Positions 27,167 through 35,137 of a stretch of 61,870 nucleotides of DNA are shown piece by piece. The DNA is from Candidatus Omnitrophota bacterium. Lineage in GTDB: Bacteria > Omnitrophota > Gorgyraeia > Gygaellales > Profunditerraquicolaceae. The stretch's first letter is position 1. Each line of letters opens with the position of its first letter. The notes under the pieces are model-generated. The model ran no database searches. It worked only from the letters and a program-made list of their open reading frames with translations, and was not told the DNA's origin. Made by a program: the position numbers and the translations under genes. The DNA lies in the NCBI GenBank assembly GCA_026387455.1, contig JAPLLR010000025.1, forward strand, positions 1 to 61,870, written 5' to 3'.

Positions 27167-27582
27167 TATTCCCCAATTATCTTTATCAAAACCAGTTTCT
27201 TCCTTTTCCCGTCGAATTCGCCGTAGAATATCTGCTCCCACGGACCGAAATCAAGCTTGCCATTAGTAATCGCCACTACTACTTCCCTGCCCATCACTGT
27301 ACGCTTAAGATGGGCGTCTCCGTTATCTTCACCGCTTAGATTATGCTTGTATTTATCTTTTCCGTAGGGTGCCAACTTCTCAAGCCAGCCGCTAAAATCC
27401 TGATGCAATCCGCCTTCATCATCGTTTATAAAAACGCTAGCAGTAATATGCATAGCGTTGACCAGACACAAACCGTCCTTGACCCCGCTCTTTTTCACTA
27501 CCTCTTCCACCTGCGAGGTGATATTGATAAACTCCTGGCGCTTATCAGTATTAAACCAAAGCTCTTGCCTGTAAGACTCCAT
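27166..27582 (-). CDS. YjbQ / UPF0047 family (secondary thiamine-phosphate synthase-like)
   Basis: 138 aa. [35 protein letters not shown] and [13 protein letters not shown] are typical YjbQ blocks. Confidence 0.8.
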   Translation of the reverse strand: MESYRQELWFNTDKRQEFINITSQVEEVVKKSGVKDGLCLVNAMHITASVFINDDEGGLHQDFSGWLEKLAPYGKDKYKHNLSGEDNGDAHLKRTVMGREVVVAITNGKLDFGPWEQIFYGEFDGKRKKLVLIKIIGE

Positions 27583-27583
27583 A

Positions 27584-28273
27584 TTATTGTTTTTCCAAGA
27601 TCAACTTTTTATTTTCCTGGTCTATTGTAAACTTAAAATTCTTTAAAAAAGACATTCCCAGGAGCCCATCCTGCATATCAGCCCCGCCGACATCAGAAGT
27701 CAAAACGCAAGCCTCCACTCTTTTGGCCTCGGCATCCTGCACCTTAAGACTACCGATGATAATAAATTTCGCGCTGGCTATGCGTCCGTCAGCCAAGCGC
27801 ACCTTCATATCAGGTATAAACCTGCCTGAATTCATCCCCAACAGCCGCTGGGCTACGCTATTACGCAACACTACCGTAGTTGCTCCAGTGTCCAATACCA
27901 ACCTAGCAGATACCTTGTTGTCCAAAAGACAATCCACAATAATGCTCTGCTTGTCCTTTGCAAATTCTACGGTCTTGGGCTTTTTCTCTTCTTCCTCGAT
28001 AATCTTTTGCCGACGCTCCTCGGCAACCTGCTTATCTTTTTCCCACTGCGAACGTAGGGCCGCGTCTTGGCCTTCAGACTTTTCTATCCTGGATATCTCG
28101 CTTTTCTGAAATTTCACCGTACCTATAGAGATCTCCAGCTCGATCCCCTGACTATCCTCGCTCTTTATGACTCCCTCCATAGCCCGACCGTTCTTAAGGT
28201 AAACCATGTCCGCATGCGCTAAACCCACAAAACCCATGACCCCTAACCCGATGAGTAAAAGATATTTCTTCAT
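27584..28273 (-). CDS. Secreted retropepsin-like (clan AA) aspartic protease
   Basis: Signal peptide [21 protein letters not shown], an N-terminal [12 protein letters not shown] module, and the catalytic [18 protein letters not shown] lies 8 nt upstream of the ATG at 28273. The ORF track starts at a GTG at 28291. Confidence 0.7.
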   Translation of the reverse strand: MKKYLLLIGLGVMGFVGLAHADMVYLKNGRAMEGVIKSEDSQGIELEISIGTVKFQKSEISRIEKSEGQDAALRSQWEKDKQVAEERRQKIIEEEEKKPKTVEFAKDKQSIIVDCLLDNKVSARLVLDTGATTVVLRNSVAQRLLGMNSGRFIPDMKVRLADGRIASAKFIIIGSLKVQDAEAKRVEACVLTSDVGGADMQDGLLGMSFLKNFKFTIDQENKKLILEKQ

Positions 28274-28287
28274 CCTGACCACTCCTT

Positions 28288-28374
28288 TCACAGAAGTGAA
28301 ACACTGGCTTATCCTATAACCCCAGAGGGGTAGCCCTTCCTATACCTATTAAGGAAGGGGCTTAAGCCAGGTGT
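28288..28374 (-). repeat. Family C intercistronic structured element, copy 1
   Basis: ACACTGGCTTA...TAAGCCAGGTGT encloses two inner hairpins (CCCC/GGGG, CCCTTCC/GGAAGGG). The small hairpin TCACagaaGTGA directly abuts the SD. It is homologous to 45047..45089. Confidence 0.6.
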
Positions 28375-28375
28375 T

Positions 28376-29764
28376 TTATTTTACCTGCTTAGATATTTTC
28401 GGCTTGGGAAAATCCTTTATCGACTCAAGACCCTTCTCTAGTTCCGCGTCGGAAATGGCGTAATCTGTTAGCTGACCGCTCAAATATTTATCATAGCCGG
28501 TCAGATCCATAAGACCGTGTCCGCTGTAGCTAAATAATATGACTTTTTCTTTGCCTTCTTCTCTTGCCCGATGAGCTTCTTCAATGGCACAGGCAATAGC
28601 ATGCGATGTTTCCGGAGCACAAATCGTACCTTCGGTCTTAGCCCAGATGATCGCTGACTCATAACACTTAAGCTGGCCGTAGGCACGCGGCTCAAGCAAT
28701 CCCTCAACCGCAGCATGGCTTACTAATGGCGCCATCCCGTGATAGCGCAAGCCTCCGGCATGTATGGGTTCCGGTATAAAATTGTGGCCCAAAGTATGCA
28801 TGGCAAGTAACGGAGTAAGCCCGGCCACATCGCCATGATCATAGGCAAACGGCCCGCGGGTAAGCGTAGGGCAAGCAGTAGGCTCAACCGGGATAATCTG
28901 GATCTTAGCCCCATGGATCTTGTCGCAGACATAAGGGAATGCCAGCCCCGCGAAATTACTTCCTCCTCCTACGCAGCCGATAACAATATCCGGCTCTAAT
29001 TCATTTATAGATTTAAGCTGCTTCTTAGTCTCAAGGCCCATGATAGTCTGATGTAGTAATACGTGATTTAAGACGCTACCCAAAGCATAGCGAGTCTTAC
29101 CAGAGGTATCCGACACCGCCTCTTCCACTGCTTCGCTGATAGCAATACCGAGACTGCCCGGAGTATTGGGCATTTTCTTAAGAATTTCCCGTCCGGAGTT
29201 AGTCTGGTTGCTGGGGCTGGCAACACAGGTTGCGCCCCAGGTCTGCATCATGATTTTACGCAGCGGCTTCTGATCAAAGCTTATCCTGACCATATACACC
29301 TTACACTCAAGACCGATCAGATTGCAGGAAAAGGCCAGAGCCGAGCCCCACTGCCCTGCACCGGTCTCAGTAATCAGCTTTTTTATTCCGAACTGCTTGT
29401 TGTACCAGGCCTGCGGCACCGCAGTATTGGGTTTATGCGAACCCGCGGGACTAACAGACTCATCTTTATAATAAATGCGCGCCGGAGTCTTTAAGAATCT
29501 CTCCAGATACACCGCCCGCCGTAAAGGAGCCGGACGCCAACGATACAAAATATCAATTATTTCTTCCGGGATATCTATCCAGCGCTTGGTGGATACTTCC
29601 TGCTCGATCAGATTATCCGGAAATACCTTAGAGAGCATAGACGGAGTTATAGGGTTACCGTCGGGGCCAAGAGGCGGCGGCATGGGCGTAGGCAAATCCG
29701 CAGCCAGGTTATACCACTGACGGGGGATATCCTTTTCGCTTAAGTTTATTTTTATTTCCGGCAT
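28376..29764 (-). CDS. TrpB-like PLP enzyme (tryptophan synthase beta, type 2)
   Basis: DIPRQWYNLAADLP N-terminus, an SHKPN lysine motif and a GGGSNFAG block, consistent with TrpB2. The ATG at 29764 is preceded by GGGAGAAGG. Confidence 0.8.
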   Translation of the reverse strand: MPEIKINLSEKDIPRQWYNLAADLPTPMPPPLGPDGNPITPSMLSKVFPDNLIEQEVSTKRWIDIPEEIIDILYRWRPAPLRRAVYLERFLKTPARIYYKDESVSPAGSHKPNTAVPQAWYNKQFGIKKLITETGAGQWGSALAFSCNLIGLECKVYMVRISFDQKPLRKIMMQTWGATCVASPSNQTNSGREILKKMPNTPGSLGIAISEAVEEAVSDTSGKTRYALGSVLNHVLLHQTIMGLETKKQLKSINELEPDIVIGCVGGGSNFAGLAFPYVCDKIHGAKIQIIPVEPTACPTLTRGPFAYDHGDVAGLTPLLAMHTLGHNFIPEPIHAGGLRYHGMAPLVSHAAVEGLLEPRAYGQLKCYESAIIWAKTEGTICAPETSHAIACAIEEAHRAREEGKEKVILFSYSGHGLMDLTGYDKYLSGQLTDYAISDAELEKGLESIKDFPKPKISKQVK

Positions 29765-29807
29765 CGAGCCTTCTCCCTCTCGCAACCCACAACCAACCCT
29801 AATCCTA

Positions 29808-30365
29808 TTATTTAATCACCCAGCCATCATCTGTTTCAATGAGCGTGCCCGCAGGAGCATCGGCCTGCAGCCTCTTGGCGTAAAGCTTTTCTACGTCCTC
29901 GACGCTGGAGCCATTCTTTCTGGCAACTCCCTGATAGATGATCATCCGGTCGCTGTTCTCGGCATTGACGATTTCTGCGGCTGTCGGATCACCTGCCTGT
30001 TTGACGGTAAGCAACCCGGATTTATTTTCTCCGATTACGCCTTTTGCCTCCAAAGCTACCAAAGCATCGCGCCGGTCTCTACGCCGGTATGCCGCAGCCT
30101 CTACTTCGGAACCAAAAACGTCCTGAGCATATGCCGAGGTAATAAAACCTCCCAGAAAACTCTGATTATCCTTACCGGCAGTAGCCTTTTCTTTTGAACC
30201 GGAAACAATACCTTCAATAGCGTCTATATCTTTCTCGATGTGCTGATAAATATCCAGGCGCATGGAGATATCCACTTTTATCGGCTTATCCGGAGCCTCA
30301 ACTTTGACCCGCGCGCACCCTAAGCTTAAAATTGATACTGCTAACAGAATTAATGTAATTCTCAT
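29808..30365 (-). CDS. YnbE-like lipoprotein fused to a YdbL (DUF1318) domain
   Basis: A lipobox (LSLGC) is followed by RVKVEAPDKPIKVDISMRLDIYQHIEKDIDAIE, compared with E. coli YnbE ...PRIEVAAPKEPITINMNVKIEHEIHIKVDKDVEAL. The C-terminus KGVIGENKSGLL...NAENSDRMIIYQGVARKNG...DDGWVIK has the DUF1318 pattern. GGAGGA lies 5 nt upstream of the ATG at 30365. Confidence 0.7.
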   Translation of the reverse strand: MRITLILLAVSILSLGCARVKVEAPDKPIKVDISMRLDIYQHIEKDIDAIEGIVSGSKEKATAGKDNQSFLGGFITSAYAQDVFGSEVEAAAYRRRDRRDALVALEAKGVIGENKSGLLTVKQAGDPTAAEIVNAENSDRMIIYQGVARKNGSSVEDVEKLYAKRLQADAPAGTLIETDDGWVIK

Positions 30366-30378
30366 CTCTTCCTCCTTA

Positions 30379-31512
30379 TTATTGTAATTTAAAATCATGC
30401 AAAGTAACCGTTAAATTGCGCTTTCCCTTTTCTCCATCCAAAGCAACATCCAGGCTAAGGTCATCCTGCGCCTTACCCAGCTTCATCACGCCAGTATTAT
30501 AATGGTAATCCTTGAAACTTTCCATCAATATATCAAGAGGCTGGTCCGCGGCCTTGGCCATATTTTTAAGCATAGTCTCATCCTTAATCACCATCATCCC
30601 ACCCTCAGTTCCGGCAGAGAAATTACCGTCGATAAGACGTATATCCGCGCCCTTACCTTTCATGCTCACGCTACCGCTTAACTTACCGGTCATGGAGAAT
30701 TTCTCCTCAAGTTTAAAGTCTTTGATGAACCTTTCGATATCCAACCCATTAAACTTCATCTCTGCCGCATACTCAGGATTAGCCTCCATAAATACCCGGG
30801 CTTCTATCTGAACAGTGCCACCGAAAATTTGAGCCTGTAATCCGGAAAAGCTCAACTCTCTACCTTTAAGCAAAGCGGCGCCGCTGATCCCATCAATCTT
30901 TGCTTTATCGTATTTTACCTGCGGGATACGCAACTCCCCTGACACCCAACCCTGCCTTACCTTAAGTACCGCATTTTCCGTATGCACCCCCAGGCTGTCC
31001 ATTGCCGATATCTTAATATCGCAGGACTCCAGCTCCTGTTTTAACAAATCCAATACCAAAGATAATTTCCCATCAAGGCTGGCTTCTTTGGATTTTAAAT
31101 CCAGGCTTAAATCCGAAACCTCAAGGCCTGCGACCAGAAATACGCTCGGCCTGCTTAAATTAATGTACTTAGCGAAATCAACGACGCTGTTTGACCCGAG
31201 ATCAATACGGATAGCCGCGCCTTTAAGGTAGGCTATCGAGATCTGTTTTCTTAAAAGCGCTTGTGGACTAAATACTACCCCGACTTCTTTAAGTTTAAAC
31301 TCGTAGACTTTTTCTTTTTTTATTCTTATATCGAATAAAGCAAGTTTTTGAAGGGGGGATAATTTAGCGCTGGCGACCGATACTTCGCTACCCGGGAAAA
31401 TACTTTTAAGCTGTTTTACGGCAATAGATTTAACAAACGAAGCAGAAAAAAATACTGCGGATATGATTACTAAAACTGCGGCAATAAAAAAGAAAAAGAC
31501 TATACGCTTCAT
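30379..31512 (-). CDS. Membrane-anchored AsmA-like / YdbH-like protein (377 aa)
   Basis: N-terminal TM helix and a beta-rich repetitive body. It lies directly upstream of the YnbE-YdbL gene, as ydbH does in E. coli. The assignment is largely contextual. Confidence 0.45.
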   Translation of the reverse strand: MKRIVFFFFIAAVLVIISAVFFSASFVKSIAVKQLKSIFPGSEVSVASAKLSPLQKLALFDIRIKKEKVYEFKLKEVGVVFSPQALLRKQISIAYLKGAAIRIDLGSNSVVDFAKYINLSRPSVFLVAGLEVSDLSLDLKSKEASLDGKLSLVLDLLKQELESCDIKISAMDSLGVHTENAVLKVRQGWVSGELRIPQVKYDKAKIDGISGAALLKGRELSFSGLQAQIFGGTVQIEARVFMEANPEYAAEMKFNGLDIERFIKDFKLEEKFSMTGKLSGSVSMKGKGADIRLIDGNFSAGTEGGMMVIKDETMLKNMAKAADQPLDILMESFKDYHYNTGVMKLGKAQDDLSLDVALDGEKGKRNLTVTLHDFKLQ

Positions 31513-31513
31513 G

Positions 31514-32452
31514 CTACAACTTCAACTCTAATCTAAACTCGCTATAAAAACCGTTTCCCACATTCACCTTACCCAGCGAATCCGGATGATACCTCAACTG
31601 GCGGTTGAATATCCCACCCACAGTCACCGAACTTTGAGCGTATTTATTGATCCGGTACTGCAGACCGCTGCCCATGTGAAATTCCTTATATTCTAAGATT
31701 ACATTTTTAAATTGGTCCTGGGTCACTTCGTACTCGCCGGCTGAGCTTCCGCCCTCGCAGAATACGGTAAGCTTATCATTAAGCTTGTAACTGACTGACG
31801 GTGTAGTGGGCACAATATTAAAAAGCAGCCGGTCATTAGGCCTGTAGATAAATCCCAATATAGGGGCAACCTGGTCAGTCACAGAGTCCGGGAATACCGC
31901 AACCCCCGCAACAAAGGTCCACTTGTCATTGGGCTGGTGTATGACCATATAACGGTTGGGCATACGGAATGCCGAAGAATTAAAATTCCAGTCATCGGTG
32001 TAAAAAGACGGAAATACCCCGAAGCGAAAATATGTCTTATTGAACTTAAAAAACGGTACAGTGGCCTCAGCGCCGAAAGATACGCCGGTGAGTTTTGCCG
32101 GAAGCTCTATTGGAGTGGAATTCTCTATGCCCAAATAGCTATCCTGCACTGAAAGCTCAATAGGCAGTTTTCCAAACGCCTTGACTAAGTAAGAAGTCTC
32201 CTGTGCTGCCTCAGTCACCGCTACTTTTCCCGACATAGCATCGACGCTACGCGAAGGCATATAACGGTAATAAGCCTGCGTCTCCAGTAACTTCTCCTGC
32301 TCAGGAACATCTTCGCTAATCACCTCTTTGAGCTTCTGACGGTAATCCTGGGAAACAGCATTATTCTTTATATCCTGCGCAAACAGCGAAGTAGCCGAAA
32401 ATAATACTGCCGCAAGAATAATAATTCCTGACTTCTTAATAAAATCACTCAA
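31514..32452 (-). CDS. Predicted outer-membrane beta-barrel protein
   Basis: TTG start behind AAGGAGAGG, and a signal peptide (IIILAAVLFSATSLFAQD). Alternating aromatic/hydrophobic strands run to the C-terminus (GFYSEFRLELKL). Confidence 0.45.
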   Translation of the reverse strand: MSDFIKKSGIIILAAVLFSATSLFAQDIKNNAVSQDYRQKLKEVISEDVPEQEKLLETQAYYRYMPSRSVDAMSGKVAVTEAAQETSYLVKAFGKLPIELSVQDSYLGIENSTPIELPAKLTGVSFGAEATVPFFKFNKTYFRFGVFPSFYTDDWNFNSSAFRMPNRYMVIHQPNDKWTFVAGVAVFPDSVTDQVAPILGFIYRPNDRLLFNIVPTTPSVSYKLNDKLTVFCEGGSSAGEYEVTQDQFKNVILEYKEFHMGSGLQYRINKYAQSSVTVGGIFNRQLRYHPDSLGKVNVGNGFYSEFRLELKL

Positions 32453-32464
32453 GATGACCTCTCC

Positions 32465-32659
32465 TTATTTTCTTACTGATCTCCATATAAAAATAATAAA
32501 CTTACCCAAAAACCAGATCACAAAGACTATTCCCCCGATCACCAGCAAAATCTGTAGAAAGAAAGCCACGATCAAAAGAAAAGGAAACAACATAAGCCCT
32601 AACACTACCGCAGCTATCAGGCTAAATAGAAATAATAATCCTACAAGAAACGCTTTCAC
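32465..32659 (-). CDS. Small two-helix membrane protein (64 aa)
   Basis: GTG start 6 nt after the upstream stop. Almost entirely hydrophobic, with a basic C-terminus (WRSVRK). Confidence 0.45.
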   Translation of the reverse strand: MKAFLVGLLFLFSLIAAVVLGLMLFPFLLIVAFFLQILLVIGGIVFVIWFLGKFIIFIWRSVRK

Positions 32660-32665
32660 TTTATT

Positions 32666-35137
32666 TTAATCCTTAGGTTTACCAAAAATAGTATCGGTGA
32701 TGCCTTTAAAAATATTTCCCACTGCCGGCTTGAATTTATATTTTGGCTCTTTGCGCGTACCAGTTATCTTTATCACCCCAAACGTCCCTGCCTGACCAAC
32801 GATTGCCGTGGTAACATCCTTAAACGTTCCGGTCAAAGGCACCATTTCATCCAGCACATTTACCTGCAAAGATACATCCACAGAATCATCACTCAATCCC
32901 AGCTTTACCGGGCCGAACAAATCCACAATATTGCTGCGCAGTACCAAATTGTCCGTAGAAAAAAAATGATCCTGGAGCAGAAAATCACAGGTGCCGGTGT
33001 GAAAAATGATTTTAGCAAAATCTTTGACTAAAAGCAATGATCCAATTCCTTTAAAGAGGTTGAGCTCCCAGAGCTTTCCCTCAGTGATGGAGGCCTTTCC
33101 GCTGCCACTTATCCCGGCAAGGTCAGTGAAAGAACCGTTAGCTTTAAACTGCGTAGAAAATATCCCGGAGATCTGAGCATCCTTAAATGGAGTGTCCATT
33201 TTAAGCTTCTCCAGGCTTATCTCCTGGATATCCGCATCCACCCAAAATGACGATGGGCTTAGAGAAAGGTCTGCGCGCGCAGTGACATCTATCCTTCCGT
33301 CATACAAAGACAGATGCACAAGCGGCAGTTCAGTGACCCCGTTTGACTGATTTAAGCCAGCTGCCAAATTATCCACTTTAAAACCGAATAAAGACAAGCC
33401 GGTCCCGGAAAGCTTTGTCTGAAGTTCGCAACTTTTCAGGTCCTTGAGATTACCGATCAGGTTAAACTGCGTATGCACCCTGCCAGAAGGCGTAACCTTG
33501 CTGAGAGCATCTTTAAACTTACTAGGCAATTGAAATAAATCCTTTAATTCCACATCCAGGCTGCCGGAAATATCTGCTTCCATGGCCGGACTATGCCCAG
33601 AATCAATATTCCCGGTGATAGCAAAATCGGAATTAAAATACCTTCCGGAAAACTGGGAAATCTTAAGTGTTTTGCCGTTGACCGCAAAATCAGAGGCCAA
33701 CTGCAAATCATCCGAATCCAATTCAAGCTGAATAACCGGATTCTTAAACTCTGAGGCCGAGCCCTTAGTAGCGTAGGTCTTGCCAGAGAAGTCAAATTTA
33801 AGCTTCGGCCACATCAGGCGTTTTCCGTCATAAATTAACCTGCCGTATATATTTGCCAGCTGTCCGGGCAGCGCGCTAAAATCAGCTGTAGCGCTAGAAA
33901 TATCCAGATAACCGACCGTTGTAATATCTCCGGGAGTAGGAACTTTATTCTGAACAGTAAGAAACAATTTCGCGCCACCCTTCAACACCCCGGGGACCGT
34001 AAACCTTAACTTATCCATAAGCAACTGCTGGGTAAGTGGCATACCTATATCAGAAGTAAGACTTACCTCAAAAAGCAAATTTGAAAAATCTGTTAGGCCC
34101 CCTTTAGCTACCAGAGGCAATCCCCAAATATTGGCTGACAGGGCCTGCGAGGAAATACCGGATTTATCAAGAGCGATTTGGCCGGTTATCGCCCTTATCG
34201 GACCCACAAACTTCAATCCCGAATAGCTGCAATCGGTCACATCCGTCTTTCCTGAAAAATCAAATGTCTTATCCTTGAAATTATGCCAACTACTGGCGGT
34301 GATCTTGGCGTTGAGCAAAGTCGTAAACTGCTTTTTGACAATAGCTAAGCCCTTGCTTTGTAGAAAGATCCCCGCAGAAACCACATTATCCCTGAATTTC
34401 AGGTTGATCTGCCCGTCGATAGAGCCTAGAGGAAAAGTCAGGCCGGAATTCCGATAGTAGGGTAAGAATTCTCGGGGAGAAAAATCCTGTAGCACGACCT
34501 GACTGTCTAACTGATTCTCGGGTATCCGATATTCTCCCAGAGCACGCAATCGAATCAAAGGACTCGCCGGCACCTGTAAGACCAAGCTGAACTTTACTTT
34601 AGCCGGAAGCGAAAGATAAAGATTAATATCCAGGTCCTGCAGCTCTTTAGTAAACGGGACATCAAATGTTTCATCCCTAAACTTTATTACCGCATCCCGC
34701 AGGCTTACTTTATAGACAAAAATATTGAATTTTGATTTAGGCTTGGGCTGCGTGTCCTTCCGAATAATATCCAGAATATTCAGAGAACCGTCTTTACGCC
34801 GGGTGAGATTTATAACCGGAGATTTTAAGGCTACCGTAGGCAAGATCACTATTTTCTTAAAGACCGGAAAAACGAGAAACGTACAGGAACCTTCTTTTAG
34901 GCTGATGAGAGAATTACCAGCGTCAGAAATATTAAGGTTGCGGATGACCAGGCCCTTGAAGATGCTGAATTGTACTGAATCAAGGCTGACGTCTTTACCT
35001 GTTGCTTCGCTAAGACCCTGGATAATCAGGGACTTGATTTTGGTAGGCAGGAATACTTTATTCAAATAAATGATGCCGACTGTAGCCAGCACCGAAAATA
35101 CGATAAAGATGACTGTAAGCTTAAACCTTAGCTTCAT
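32666..35137 (-). CDS. AsmA/TamB-like large envelope protein (823 aa)
   Basis: N-terminal anchor helix plus LPTKIKSLIIQGLSEATGKDVSLDSVQFSIFKGLVIRNLNI (AsmA-type start). The body is a long beta-rich repeat. The C-terminus is VIKITGTRKEPKYKF, an AsmA_2-like ending. Confidence 0.6.
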   Translation of the reverse strand: MKLRFKLTVIFIVFSVLATVGIIYLNKVFLPTKIKSLIIQGLSEATGKDVSLDSVQFSIFKGLVIRNLNISDAGNSLISLKEGSCTFLVFPVFKKIVILPTVALKSPVINLTRRKDGSLNILDIIRKDTQPKPKSKFNIFVYKVSLRDAVIKFRDETFDVPFTKELQDLDINLYLSLPAKVKFSLVLQVPASPLIRLRALGEYRIPENQLDSQVVLQDFSPREFLPYYRNSGLTFPLGSIDGQINLKFRDNVVSAGIFLQSKGLAIVKKQFTTLLNAKITASSWHNFKDKTFDFSGKTDVTDCSYSGLKFVGPIRAITGQIALDKSGISSQALSANIWGLPLVAKGGLTDFSNLLFEVSLTSDIGMPLTQQLLMDKLRFTVPGVLKGGAKLFLTVQNKVPTPGDITTVGYLDISSATADFSALPGQLANIYGRLIYDGKRLMWPKLKFDFSGKTYATKGSASEFKNPVIQLELDSDDLQLASDFAVNGKTLKISQFSGRYFNSDFAITGNIDSGHSPAMEADISGSLDVELKDLFQLPSKFKDALSKVTPSGRVHTQFNLIGNLKDLKSCELQTKLSGTGLSLFGFKVDNLAAGLNQSNGVTELPLVHLSLYDGRIDVTARADLSLSPSSFWVDADIQEISLEKLKMDTPFKDAQISGIFSTQFKANGSFTDLAGISGSGKASITEGKLWELNLFKGIGSLLLVKDFAKIIFHTGTCDFLLQDHFFSTDNLVLRSNIVDLFGPVKLGLSDDSVDVSLQVNVLDEMVPLTGTFKDVTTAIVGQAGTFGVIKITGTRKEPKYKFKPAVGNIFKGITDTIFGKPKD

